Virus record (IMG/VR): IMGVR_UViG_3300046780_000286
Location: 1 to 52,047 of that record
Strand: one strand, 5' to 3'
Origin: a virus
Taxonomy: Duplodnaviria; Caudoviricetes
Length of the DNA stretch: 52,047 nt
Below the pieces are notes generated by a model, which had not been told where the DNA came from, ran no database searches, and worked only from the letters and a program-made list of their open reading frames with translations. Both the position numbers and the translations under genes were made by a program. Positions 43,572 to 52,047 of this stretch are shown in pieces (the first letter of the stretch is position 1; every line of letters starts with the position of its first letter).

Positions 43572-46500
43572 AATACTTCTTTCTTAGTTCCGTACTAGCC
43601 TTGGTTCTAGCGACGCAACTCAAGGCCCAAATTCCTGGAACCGTTGCAGTCTCTGCTCCGGTCGCCCCACCAGCGACAAATAGTCCTTTTGGCTCAACTG
43701 ATACTCGTTGGGCAAAAGGCGGCTATGGAACATGGGCCACAAACTATAGTCAGTTAACCAACATAAACTGGCGTCCTTCTGCAAGGAAACAAGTGGGAGA
43801 ACAGCAATATGTTGCTGGTTCTGTCTACCAACTTGGACCAGACTTGGTTACTTGGACCAAAGTTGAAGGTAATACTCCCCAACAGTTTGGGGCTAAGGGT
43901 GATGGAACAACGGACGATAGTGCTGCGTTTGTTGCTGCATTTGCTGCCTCAAGGAACGGTACTTTGTACATACCTCCCGGTTCCTACAAACTTCGTCCAT
44001 ACGTAGGAATGTCTCAATACAGCACCTCTCTTGGCGCTGTGTTTGGAACCTACGATTTCGTAATGTCTGTTACGAATGTGAATATAGTTGGAATTGGAAA
44101 CCCAACCATCACGCTAGACCGAAATACTTACGTAACCGACCGACTGGGATTCTTCTACTTCACAGGAAACTGCTCAATTGATGGGGTTCAGTTCGTGTTC
44201 CCTCAGCCGAGCACTGTTGCCCCTGCCTACAACTTGGATGTGGCCGTATTCTCTGGAACAAGCACCAACGACACGGCACGCGTTACGGTCAAAAACTCCT
44301 ATTTTGGTGGTGGGTACACTCAGATTCGACTTAACGATTACATCGAATCGGCTTCGATTACTGAATCTACGATTGCCTGTCGTGTAGCTGGTGGAACGAA
44401 TGGTGGTGCCTATGGCATATTCGTTCTGGACCCGAACTACATGAAGAACATCAACATCGCTGATTGTGTAATCACGAACGATGTTGCGAACACTACCGGT
44501 GCCGATGCGGTAATCTTCAACGTCGATAACATTTCGGGACGCCTGACCGACACAAATTACTGGAGAAACCTTCAGAACTTCCAAGTAGATCACTGCTACA
44601 TTGGCGACTTCACGGGCCACACCAGTGCCTTCGTTCAGGGCGGACTCGGCGTGGCTGGTCCAGTTCAGGGAATGATCTTCTCTCGAAACACAATCCGAAA
44701 CACCAAGAACGCCATCTGGTGCGAATGGTTGTACGACGATACGGCGCATATTGCTCTTCGTTCTGATCCGTGGAGGGTTACTGTCACCGACAACGATATT
44801 GAGTTTACGCACCGAGGAATCTCAATCGAATCGGCTGACTTGGATGAGCGGGATACTACTACTGGATATACCAACAACGTAGACCGGTTGGCCATCGTAT
44901 CGAACAACCGAATGGTTGCTGCCTCAAACAACTACATGGGGTTCAAGTGGGGAATGACAATTTACGGAAATGCTGTAGTGAAAGGAAACCAGATCATCGG
45001 AACCAATTCACCAGTTCCATCTGACCACACAACGTCAGTCCTTGGCATGTCTGGAGTTACTTTTCGAGGCGGTGACATCGTGTTTGAAGGGAATACGGTC
45101 CGTGGTTGGGATAACGGAATGCTTCTTTCAGGAAGCCAGCAGGTTGATACCTACACGATTTCTGGAAACCAGTTCGTGTACAACGCTGCTTCCTACCGCG
45201 TGAACAACGGTGGCAACGCCATCAACAAACCTGTTTACAACATCTACGGAAATTCCCACGACGGAAACAAGTCCCTGTTCCTTTCCGATACCACGGCTAC
45301 TCGTATCGCGGTTCGTGACGAGTGGGTTGTTGGGGAGTTGATAGTTGAAAATGCATGGCTTCGTTCTGGTGCAATGGCGGGATACGGGATTGAGGAGGTT
45401 TCAGGTCTTAAGCACGGATATTTCTCCACCGGAGTTTCCGCCTACTGGCAGCAGTTGGGTGCATTCGCTGGTCAGGATATGCGCCAAGATGGAACTCCTG
45501 CTCGGTATCTAACTACTTGTGGAAACGCATCGTACGATGGTTTCTACATGAACACGAATGCGTTCCAGTACATGTTCACGGGAGTTGCAGGCGATCCCTA
45601 CGTTACGTCAGTAGGTGGTACAAACTTCCCCAGCCAATTCCGACCCGGAACCTTTGTCCAGTTCTATGACGGTGCGAACACGCACTTCTACACAAACACA
45701 TTCGTAATCGCAGTCGATCCGGCCAACTCGCGTTGGTATCTGTCCACGAACTGCCCGGCCAGCTTTACCGGCATGGCAAACTTCCCTATCGCAACACTTG
45801 GCGGAGGTAGGATAGTTGATGGAACTCTCACTGTGAACGGAAACGTTGCGGTAGCTGGTCTGCAAACGATCACCTCAACCAACGGTCAGGCGAACCTGTT
45901 CACGCTTAACACAACCTCCATGACGGATAACCATATTCTCGCCTTCAAAAGCGCGAATCTGACCGAGTGGTATTTGGGTGTGGTTGGATCTACCAAAGAG
46001 TTCCTGCTGGCCGACACGAACAATGTTCCTCGCATGTCGTTTGGAAGAACAACGGGTGTCGAGTTCAATAGCTCGACCTCCTTGGACGCCGTGTTCAGTG
46101 CGTCAGCTACCAACGGCCACGTTGCCCTTCAGTTTCAGCAGCAGAACACGAACTGGTGGTCACTCTACATGCATGAGTCCGAGTACAGCCTTATCATGCT
46201 GGACAGGCTGTTCAATCGAACCTTCCAAGTGGGTCAGGACGGGAAGACGACAACTATCGGACTGGTCACATCCAACCTGTACGCACTCAACTCAACGAAT
46301 GTAAACACACTGACCACCGGACGCCTGACTAGTGTAGGGATGATTACCGCTAGTGCTGGACTGAAAGTTCCCATAGCGTTCAAGTCTTCTAACTTCACGG
46401 TAAGCACAAACGAGCTGGCCCTACTGGTTGATCCGACACTTGGATCAATCACAGTCGCGCTCCCTCCAGCGGCCACCTACTCAGGGCAGGTGTACATGCT

Positions 46501-46648
46501 GATGAACACCGCGCCCGCATCCCTGAATACGGTCACAATCGACCCTGATGGAGCAGAGACGATCAACAACGCAGCGACAAGGGTAGTCACCAATGCCTGC
46601 CAAGTAATCAGCTACGGAACTGGATGGTGGACCCTGAGTAGCAACTGA
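43568..46648 (+). CDS. Tailspike / depolymerase (pectate-lyase-like beta helix) with signal peptide
   Basis: QFGAKGDGTTDDSAAF...LYIPPGSY, beta-helix repeats, and C-terminal ITVALPPAA...VTIDPDGAETIN. Confidence 0.8.
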   Translation: MKYFFLSSVLALVLATQLKAQIPGTVAVSAPVAPPATNSPFGSTDTRWAKGGYGTWATNYSQLTNINWRPSARKQVGEQQYVAGSVYQLGPDLVTWTKVEGNTPQQFGAKGDGTTDDSAAFVAAFAASRNGTLYIPPGSYKLRPYVGMSQYSTSLGAVFGTYDFVMSVTNVNIVGIGNPTITLDRNTYVTDRLGFFYFTGNCSIDGVQFVFPQPSTVAPAYNLDVAVFSGTSTNDTARVTVKNSYFGGGYTQIRLNDYIESASITESTIACRVAGGTNGGAYGIFVLDPNYMKNINIADCVITNDVANTTGADAVIFNVDNISGRLTDTNYWRNLQNFQVDHCYIGDFTGHTSAFVQGGLGVAGPVQGMIFSRNTIRNTKNAIWCEWLYDDTAHIALRSDPWRVTVTDNDIEFTHRGISIESADLDERDTTTGYTNNVDRLAIVSNNRMVAASNNYMGFKWGMTIYGNAVVKGNQIIGTNSPVPSDHTTSVLGMSGVTFRGGDIVFEGNTVRGWDNGMLLSGSQQVDTYTISGNQFVYNAASYRVNNGGNAINKPVYNIYGNSHDGNKSLFLSDTTATRIAVRDEWVVGELIVENAWLRSGAMAGYGIEEVSGLKHGYFSTGVSAYWQQLGAFAGQDMRQDGTPARYLTTCGNASYDGFYMNTNAFQYMFTGVAGDPYVTSVGGTNFPSQFRPGTFVQFYDGANTHFYTNTFVIAVDPANSRWYLSTNCPASFTGMANFPIATLGGGRIVDGTLTVNGNVAVAGLQTITSTNGQANLFTLNTTSMTDNHILAFKSANLTEWYLGVVGSTKEFLLADTNNVPRMSFGRTTGVEFNSSTSLDAVFSASATNGHVALQFQQQNTNWWSLYMHESEYSLIMLDRLFNRTFQVGQDGKTTTIGLVTSNLYALNSTNVNTLTTGRLTSVGMITASAGLKVPIAFKSSNFTVSTNELALLVDPTLGSITVALPPAATYSGQVYMLMNTAPASLNTVTIDPDGAETINNAATRVVTNACQVISYGTGWWTLSSN

Positions 46649-46650
46649 CA

Positions 46651-46809
46651 ATGAGGACCACCATTATCATCGCTTCCATTCTTCTCTGCGCAGGCTGTAC
46701 CGTGATTGCGTGGAACAAAGGAGACGTTCGGGTAGAGGACTCCGACTCCCACAACGCATCCGGAACGAATAACGCTCGAAGTGTGGACCTTACAATTTCT
46801 CCCAGATAA
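46651..46809 (+). CDS. Small lipoprotein (52 aa, not in track), possible outer-membrane spanin
   Basis: Hand-translated MRTTIIIASILLCAG-CTV..., which contains a lipobox. Confidence 0.55.
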   Translation: MRTTIIIASILLCAGCTVIAWNKGDVRVEDSDSHNASGTNNARSVDLTISPR

Positions 46810-46840
46810 GAAAAACACCATACAACCATGAAAGACAACC

Positions 46841-47122
46841 ATGATGGCAAAAGAGACAGTAGAAAACTTCAAAAGCCTTACAGACATTGCGTTCAAATGG
46901 GGTTACCTGATCCTATTCTGCCTAGTGTTTTACTTCCGAAGTTCGTTTGCGAACAAGGATGAGTTCAACCAGTTACGAGACAGCGTAAATCTTCTTATTG
47001 AGAGACAGAAGCACGACGAGATTCAGGATCGACAGATTCTTGATCTAGGTAACCGGGTTCGGGACATCGAACTTCAGCGAGTAGCCGGAGATTCACGATA
47101 CAATCAAGCCTACCCAAAATGA
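46841..47122 (+). CDS. Single-TM coiled-coil protein (holin/spanin-like)
   Basis: WGYLILFCLVFYF followed by a coiled coil. Confidence 0.55.
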   Translation: MMAKETVENFKSLTDIAFKWGYLILFCLVFYFRSSFANKDEFNQLRDSVNLLIERQKHDEIQDRQILDLGNRVRDIELQRVAGDSRYNQAYPK

Positions 47123-47349
47123 AGAAACTTACCCAAGACGAAAAGGAGCACATCGAAATCACTAAGCACCTGCACGCATTGCGAAAACTGATCGGGACAC
47201 CGTTCTCGCTAAACGTAAACGGAGGTGGCCCGTTGCTGATCCTGAATCCGGGTGATCCAATCCCTCCTGACGAAGACTCTCCTGTAGTCGGTCCTAAAAT
47301 CCACAACGACACCCCTGCCGGCAAAGGCAAAACCGTCATCATGGCATGA
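47119..47349 (+). CDS. Hypothetical protein
   Basis: 76 aa with ATGA overlaps on both sides. Confidence 0.55.
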   Translation: MKKLTQDEKEHIEITKHLHALRKLIGTPFSLNVNGGGPLLILNPGDPIPPDEDSPVVGPKIHNDTPAGKGKTVIMA

Positions 47350-48353
47350 ACACACTTCTCTTAGTTGTCGAACAACCTCTCCTTCCGCAGATTACTTCTA
47401 GTCTTGATACGTACTCAAAAGAGAGAATGGAGGCCGGCTACACTGTTCGAGTCATAGCTGCACCGACCTTTCCTGATTCTATTCAGTCCGCGAATTGGAT
47501 CAGGTCGAACATATGGCCGATTCTGGATACGAATACATCCGTGTTTCTCATCGGAAACGTGCCTATGCCCAGAAGCGGAATGCTTCTGAATCCTGACGGT
47601 CATGTTACTTGGGGTGCATACAGCGCGCCGGCATATTACGTAACGCCTTCGGACAAATGGGCCGATCAGTGGTCTAATGGCGTGAAGGGTTCATTTGGTA
47701 ACTTGCCGAATGATGGCAAATTTGATAATGATACACTTCCAGCCAAACCGATCTGTGGTCTAGGAATGTTGACCTTCGGTAAGATTGCCAATGAGTCTGT
47801 TGTAGCTGATGCGTACTTCAAGCGTTTATCTGACTATAGGGCTGGAAAGTGGAACGTCCTGCCAGTTGCCACCTATGCCTACGCCGCGAATGCCACCCAA
47901 TGGGCGCAGGCACCGGCCACAATTCCTAAGATGCAATCCGTCTTTGCTTCTGGAGTAAAGTACAAAGCTGAGGGAGCCTTGCTGAAAGCTACCACGAAAG
48001 GTCAGCCATCCGTTCAAGTCATTCTCCTCAAGACTGCAAACTACGCATCGGTTCTTTGGAAATGCCAAGAACCACCGTCTGTTGCATGGGAAGCGTACAA
48101 CTCTGGACAGTTTGAACTAAGAGTCTCACCACATTGCGCTGACGTGTTTGCTTCAATCCGCGCGGCAAAGGGTCCATTAGTTATTGCGCTGAATCATCCC
48201 GATTGGACTTTAGACCTTAAAGCCGGCGAGACTTGGGGGAACATTTGGAAGAACACTTTCTCGAAACCTAATGCACCGACTTGGTCTTGGGTCATGGGTG
48301 ATCCTACGATTGTTCTTGCGGGTGCGAAACCGTTTATAATCTCCGACAAATGA
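47346..48353 (+). CDS. Peptidase C25 (gingipain)-fold-like protein
   Basis: LLLVVE...LDTY.....GYTV...VFLIGNVP...PDGH...AYY resembles the N-terminal half of C25-like proteins. Catalytic residues not identified. Confidence 0.45.
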   Translation: MNTLLLVVEQPLLPQITSSLDTYSKERMEAGYTVRVIAAPTFPDSIQSANWIRSNIWPILDTNTSVFLIGNVPMPRSGMLLNPDGHVTWGAYSAPAYYVTPSDKWADQWSNGVKGSFGNLPNDGKFDNDTLPAKPICGLGMLTFGKIANESVVADAYFKRLSDYRAGKWNVLPVATYAYAANATQWAQAPATIPKMQSVFASGVKYKAEGALLKATTKGQPSVQVILLKTANYASVLWKCQEPPSVAWEAYNSGQFELRVSPHCADVFASIRAAKGPLVIALNHPDWTLDLKAGETWGNIWKNTFSKPNAPTWSWVMGDPTIVLAGAKPFIISDK

Positions 48354-48562
48354 AAGACTGGACGCCACGTGACATCGCCAACATCATGGTCATTGGAACC
48401 GTGTGCGTGATTTTACTCACAATCGAAGCTGGGATAGTTTGGCGCTCTACGCCATCAGACGTCTCCGAATCGCGCGGTCTTCTTACAGATACAGTTAGCC
48501 TAGTTATTGGTCTTGTAGCCGGTTACTTTATTCGGCATAGCGACGGAGATAAAAAACCCTAG
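48350..48562 (+). CDS. Two-TM membrane protein (holin candidate)
   Basis: 70 aa with two hydrophobic helices and a charged tail. Confidence 0.5.
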   Translation: MKDWTPRDIANIMVIGTVCVILLTIEAGIVWRSTPSDVSESRGLLTDTVSLVIGLVAGYFIRHSDGDKKP

Positions 48563-48563
48563 T

Positions 48564-50807
48564 ATGAAAAAACTTCTTCTTTTAGCATTAGTATCCTTCT
48601 CCGCCTTTGCGCAGATTCCCGGTACGCTTACTGTAACGGCGCCGATAGCGCCAACGGCTACGAACAGTCCTTATTCGGCGACAGACACGCGATGGCAGAA
48701 GGGAGGATATGGAACATGGGCTACCAATTTTAGCCAAATCACTGATTTAGATTGGCTGCCTGCGGCGCGGCGTGAAGCCGGCATGCTCCAGTATGTCTCT
48801 GGAACAACCTATGTTCTAGGTGCTGACTTAGTTACGTGGACAGTTTATGGTGGCGGAGGTGGTGGAATCGGTGGTTCTGGAACTATCGGAACTATTCCTA
48901 TCTTCACTGCCGGAACGACGATTGGTGATGGTCCGCTATCACTAGAGCCTCTGGGTACTTACGTTCATTCCACTGTACCTATTGATGTAGCTACTACAAA
49001 TGGAAGAATCCTGTCTCTTAGGTCTGACGTAGCTGCATCGCTTGACATAGAGTTCTTTACTGATCCAGCCCAACCTACAAGTCCTGGTGGCCAAATCCAT
49101 GTCGACCAGAATGGCAATTTTGAATTTCGCACCTATCGGCTGATCCCACTTGGATCGCCTAATGGCTTTTACTTTATCGGATTCGATCCCGCGACTGAGT
49201 TATACTGCCAAGTTCCGGCCAACTTTTCCGAAGGTATTACCGTAACTGGTGATGTCTCAGCGACTACCTTTAACGGAGGTTCGCTCCCTTCGGGAAGTGT
49301 TACATCAGTTTCGGCATCGGTTCCTTCGTTCTTGTCTATCACTGGTTCTCCAATTACTAGTTCAGGAACGCTAGCAATAGGTTATTCTGGAACGGCGCTT
49401 CCAGTTGCAAATGGTGGCAGTGGCGCTGTCACACTGACTGGTTATGTTAAGGGCAATGGAGCTAGTGCCTTCACAGCTAATGCGACGATTCCTTTGTCAG
49501 ATACCACGGGTAACCTACCGGTTTCACAGCTTAATAGCGGAACCTCTGCCAGTGGAACGACTTTCTGGCGCGGTGATGGGACTTGGGCAACACCTGCTTC
49601 TGGGTCAGGAACGGTTACTTCGGTATCAGTCACAACGGCTAATGGTGTTTCTGGTTCGGTCGCAACGGCTACGACTACTCCAGCAATCACGCTAACATTA
49701 GGTGCTATCACGCCCTCATCGGTTGCATCGTCTGGTGCAGTCAGCGGAACAAGTTTCACTGATTCTGGGTTGACTTCTGGACGTGTTCCATTTGCATCCA
49801 CGGGTGGATTGCTTGCTGACTCTTCCGCCTTTACATTTTCTGGCGGAACTGTTACAGCGACTACGTTTGCTGGTGCGTTGACTGGAAACTCCTCTACTGC
49901 AACGGCGCTTCAAACGGCTCGCAATATCAACGGAACTAGCTTCAACGGCACCGCTGACATAACCGTAACGGCCGCCGCAGGAACTTTAACCGGTACAACC
50001 TTGGCTGCTGGTGTCACGTCCTCCTCGCTCACATCGGTTGGAACAATCACTTCTGGAACTTGGGACGGAACCGATGTCGCAGTTACCGCTGGCGGAACTG
50101 GTGCTGCGACTTTCACCGATGGCGGCGTAATCATAGGTAATGGAACTGGTGCGTTGCAGGCGACGACTGCGGGTACGGCTGGACAGGTTCTAACATCTAA
50201 CGGTTCCGGTGTTGACCCAACTTTCCAGAATTCCTATTCAGATGACATCATGATCTTGCAGGCTATGGGATCTGAATTGAAAGCACAGACGATTGGCTTG
50301 CCTATTGTTGCTGCAAACGCAGCGGCGTTGTCAGTTACCGACGCAGCCCTTCGTTGCACGGCTCTATGGCTATCGCAGAATGCAACCCTAACAGGTGTTG
50401 CTTTCTTCCTACGCACGCAGGGCAATTTCACAGCGGACAACAACAACAAGGTGGGTTTGTACAGCTATTCTAGTGGCACTTTGACGCTGGTTGCGTCCAG
50501 TGCGGATGACCCGACGACAATTTGGAAGGGAACAGGTAACACATTGATTAAAGTACCTTTCACGGGAACTTACGCCGCCGCCAAGGGATTGTATTTCGTT
50601 GCGTTCCTCTACAACAACAGTGCGCAGGTGACTGCGCCAGCTATTGCTGTCGGTACGACGCTCGCAACCGCGAACATGGGCGTGCTAGACTTCACGAACA
50701 GCGGCAAGTTGGTTACGTCGCTTGGTTTACAGACAGACCTTCCTACACCGACCGCATTGAGTGGGCACGTCGCCGCAACGTCTATTCCTTGGGTGGCAGT
50801 TTATTAA
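48564..50807 (+). CDS. Tail fibre protein with signal peptide
   Basis: G/T/S-rich fibre repeats ([30 protein letters not shown]). The N-terminal ~80 aa are paralogous to 43568..46648. Confidence 0.8.
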   Translation: MKKLLLLALVSFSAFAQIPGTLTVTAPIAPTATNSPYSATDTRWQKGGYGTWATNFSQITDLDWLPAARREAGMLQYVSGTTYVLGADLVTWTVYGGGGGGIGGSGTIGTIPIFTAGTTIGDGPLSLEPLGTYVHSTVPIDVATTNGRILSLRSDVAASLDIEFFTDPAQPTSPGGQIHVDQNGNFEFRTYRLIPLGSPNGFYFIGFDPATELYCQVPANFSEGITVTGDVSATTFNGGSLPSGSVTSVSASVPSFLSITGSPITSSGTLAIGYSGTALPVANGGSGAVTLTGYVKGNGASAFTANATIPLSDTTGNLPVSQLNSGTSASGTTFWRGDGTWATPASGSGTVTSVSVTTANGVSGSVATATTTPAITLTLGAITPSSVASSGAVSGTSFTDSGLTSGRVPFASTGGLLADSSAFTFSGGTVTATTFAGALTGNSSTATALQTARNINGTSFNGTADITVTAAAGTLTGTTLAAGVTSSSLTSVGTITSGTWDGTDVAVTAGGTGAATFTDGGVIIGNGTGALQATTAGTAGQVLTSNGSGVDPTFQNSYSDDIMILQAMGSELKAQTIGLPIVAANAAALSVTDAALRCTALWLSQNATLTGVAFFLRTQGNFTADNNNKVGLYSYSSGTLTLVASSADDPTTIWKGTGNTLIKVPFTGTYAAAKGLYFVAFLYNNSAQVTAPAIAVGTTLATANMGVLDFTNSGKLVTSLGLQTDLPTPTALSGHVAATSIPWVAVY

Positions 50808-50825
50808 ACTAAGTAGCATAAATCT

Positions 50826-51128
50826 ATGGAAACTCCAAAAATCTTCAAAAACAATGGTCATTTGCGTGGGTTGATCTATGTTGGTCTTCCCGCAGTTTCA
50901 ACAATCGGAGCGGCTTTCGCTACTTGGGCCGACGCGCCGCCGAAAAACTTCTACGTTATTGGCGTAGTTCTATGTGCGACTATCGTAAACGCCGGAACTG
51001 CCCTTAGGGGTTATCTAGACCAGCACTTGTCTCGCGCTGCCGAAGAAGGAGAGCCGAGCGAGGTGAACACGGATACGGTCATAATCCCGAAACCTGTTGT
51101 AACCAATCCTATTACAGGCCACAAGTGA
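50826..51128 (+). CDS. Two-TM membrane protein (holin candidate)
   Basis: 100 aa with two hydrophobic segments. Confidence 0.5.
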   Translation: METPKIFKNNGHLRGLIYVGLPAVSTIGAAFATWADAPPKNFYVIGVVLCATIVNAGTALRGYLDQHLSRAAEEGEPSEVNTDTVIIPKPVVTNPITGHK

Positions 51129-51574
51129 GCACTTACTACAACAACAGACAATTCCGTCCAGCTAGGCCAATTAGGTTCATTCCCTCTTTGCTATCGCTAG
51201 AAGCATTCTCTTTCTCATACGAGGTCTGGGCCGATGCCTCGTACGCGCTAGGAACTATCGCAGCCAATCCGGGATTCGATTATGCGTTCACGCTTCCGAT
51301 TGTCGCGCAATCTACGGCATTCGTTCCCGTTATTCGCTGGAATGATGGAGACACCTATTATCGTTACAAGCTTTGGACGACTGGAACGGAGATGGTTCCA
51401 TACGGACTTTACGCCGGCGAAACGATACCTACTGCCCAAAACCCAGTTCTGGAGATTTGGAACGTGAATGGGATGTTGGTTATGACCATGCCGGCTTGGA
51501 CTATGGAAATTTCTTCGATATCCACGCCAGTTTCGCTAAGAGACATTACGCCGATTACTTACACAGCTAACTAA
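51125..51574 (+). CDS. Hypothetical virion protein
   Basis: 149 aa, GTG start overlapping the previous stop. Confidence 0.6.
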   Translation: MSTYYNNRQFRPARPIRFIPSLLSLEAFSFSYEVWADASYALGTIAANPGFDYAFTLPIVAQSTAFVPVIRWNDGDTYYRYKLWTTGTEMVPYGLYAGETIPTAQNPVLEIWNVNGMLVMTMPAWTMEISSISTPVSLRDITPITYTAN

Positions 51575-51585
51575 AAAGGATTATT

Positions 51586-52047
51586 ATGGGCTATCCAGTG
51601 CTAGAAGATTATGTATTTGAAGTAGGAGCAGATCCAACGTCTGTCTTTCCTACTGACGAAGCAACGCTGTTGCTTAGCTTTGGTCGCTTGATGACCACGA
51701 ATGAGTATCATGGAATCGTGATTCATTCCGAAGATACGCCAACCACGTCCGGACAGCCAGCAGGCTATCCGGCCGATTGGTACGCGTGGAATAAGCGCAA
51801 TCTCTGGCATAAGCCATCAACGAACGAGGTTTTTGGCTACCACACCGGCCTAGGTTGGGAGCCGCTTCCAGTTGGTGATGCCACGATTGGCACTGATCAA
51901 ATCATTGACGGCTCTATAACGCCAGAGAAACTCGCAGTAACGGGTTCGGCTGGGCAAATTTTCCAAATCAACCCAACCGCTACGGCTTGGACACTGGTTG
52001 ACGCAAGTCAGATATTCTTGCCGGGTACGATCACGCTGGATAAGATT
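51586..52047 (+). CDS. 5' part of the 377-aa protein that continues at 128..799
   Basis: ATG at 51586 (MGYPVLEDYVFEVG...) is open to the end of the window and in frame with ORF 98..799. Confidence 0.8.
   Translation, partial: MGYPVLEDYVFEVGADPTSVFPTDEATLLLSFGRLMTTNEYHGIVIHSEDTPTTSGQPAGYPADWYAWNKRNLWHKPSTNEVFGYHTGLGWEPLPVGDATIGTDQIIDGSITPEKLAVTGSAGQIFQINPTATAWTLVDASQIFLPGTITLDKI

Noticed and set aside
51601-51810. Minus-strand 69-aa ORF
   Set aside because: Shadow of the plus-strand gene starting at 51586, which the track missed because it crosses the window end
51921-52047. 127-bp terminal direct repeat as a biological terminal repeat
   Set aside because: It falls in the middle of a gene, and its length matches a common assembler k-mer overlap. 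It indicates circular closure only

Overview
This looks like a complete, circularly closed genome of a lytic podovirus-like tailed phage. Bases 1-127 repeat 51921-52047, giving a unit length of about 51,920 bp, and one structural gene crosses the junction. Two arms diverge from an AT-rich intergenic region near 33.3 kb. The minus-strand arm (about 32.5 to 11.6 kb) has small early genes, a cluster of abnormal tRNA-like and pseudoknot RNAs, a secreted lysozyme-like protein, an SF2 helicase, a PD-(D/E)XK nuclease, an AAA_24 ATPase, GroES, an SSB, a family A DNA polymerase split over two genes, a DUF3987-like helicase and an HNH-like nuclease. The plus-strand arm (33.7 kb through the junction to 11.6 kb) has terminase, portal, scaffold, a Tad1-like anti-defence protein, major capsid, signal-peptide-bearing spike/fibre proteins, tail tube proteins and ejection proteins. 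I saw no RNA polymerase, sigma factor or integrase. The best candidate for an undescribed system is a stand-alone sigma54 activator (bEBP AAA+ domain with intact GAFTGA, no receiver domain, no HTH). It is matched by -24/-12 (GG-N10-GC) promoter motifs directly upstream of the terminase operon, the major capsid gene and one isolated minus-strand gene, with a fourth ahead of the ncRNA cluster, while the earliest genes have sigma70-type promoters. This suggests a sigma70-to-sigma54 switch driven by a phage activator. All family calls come from motif recognition by eye; no database search was run.
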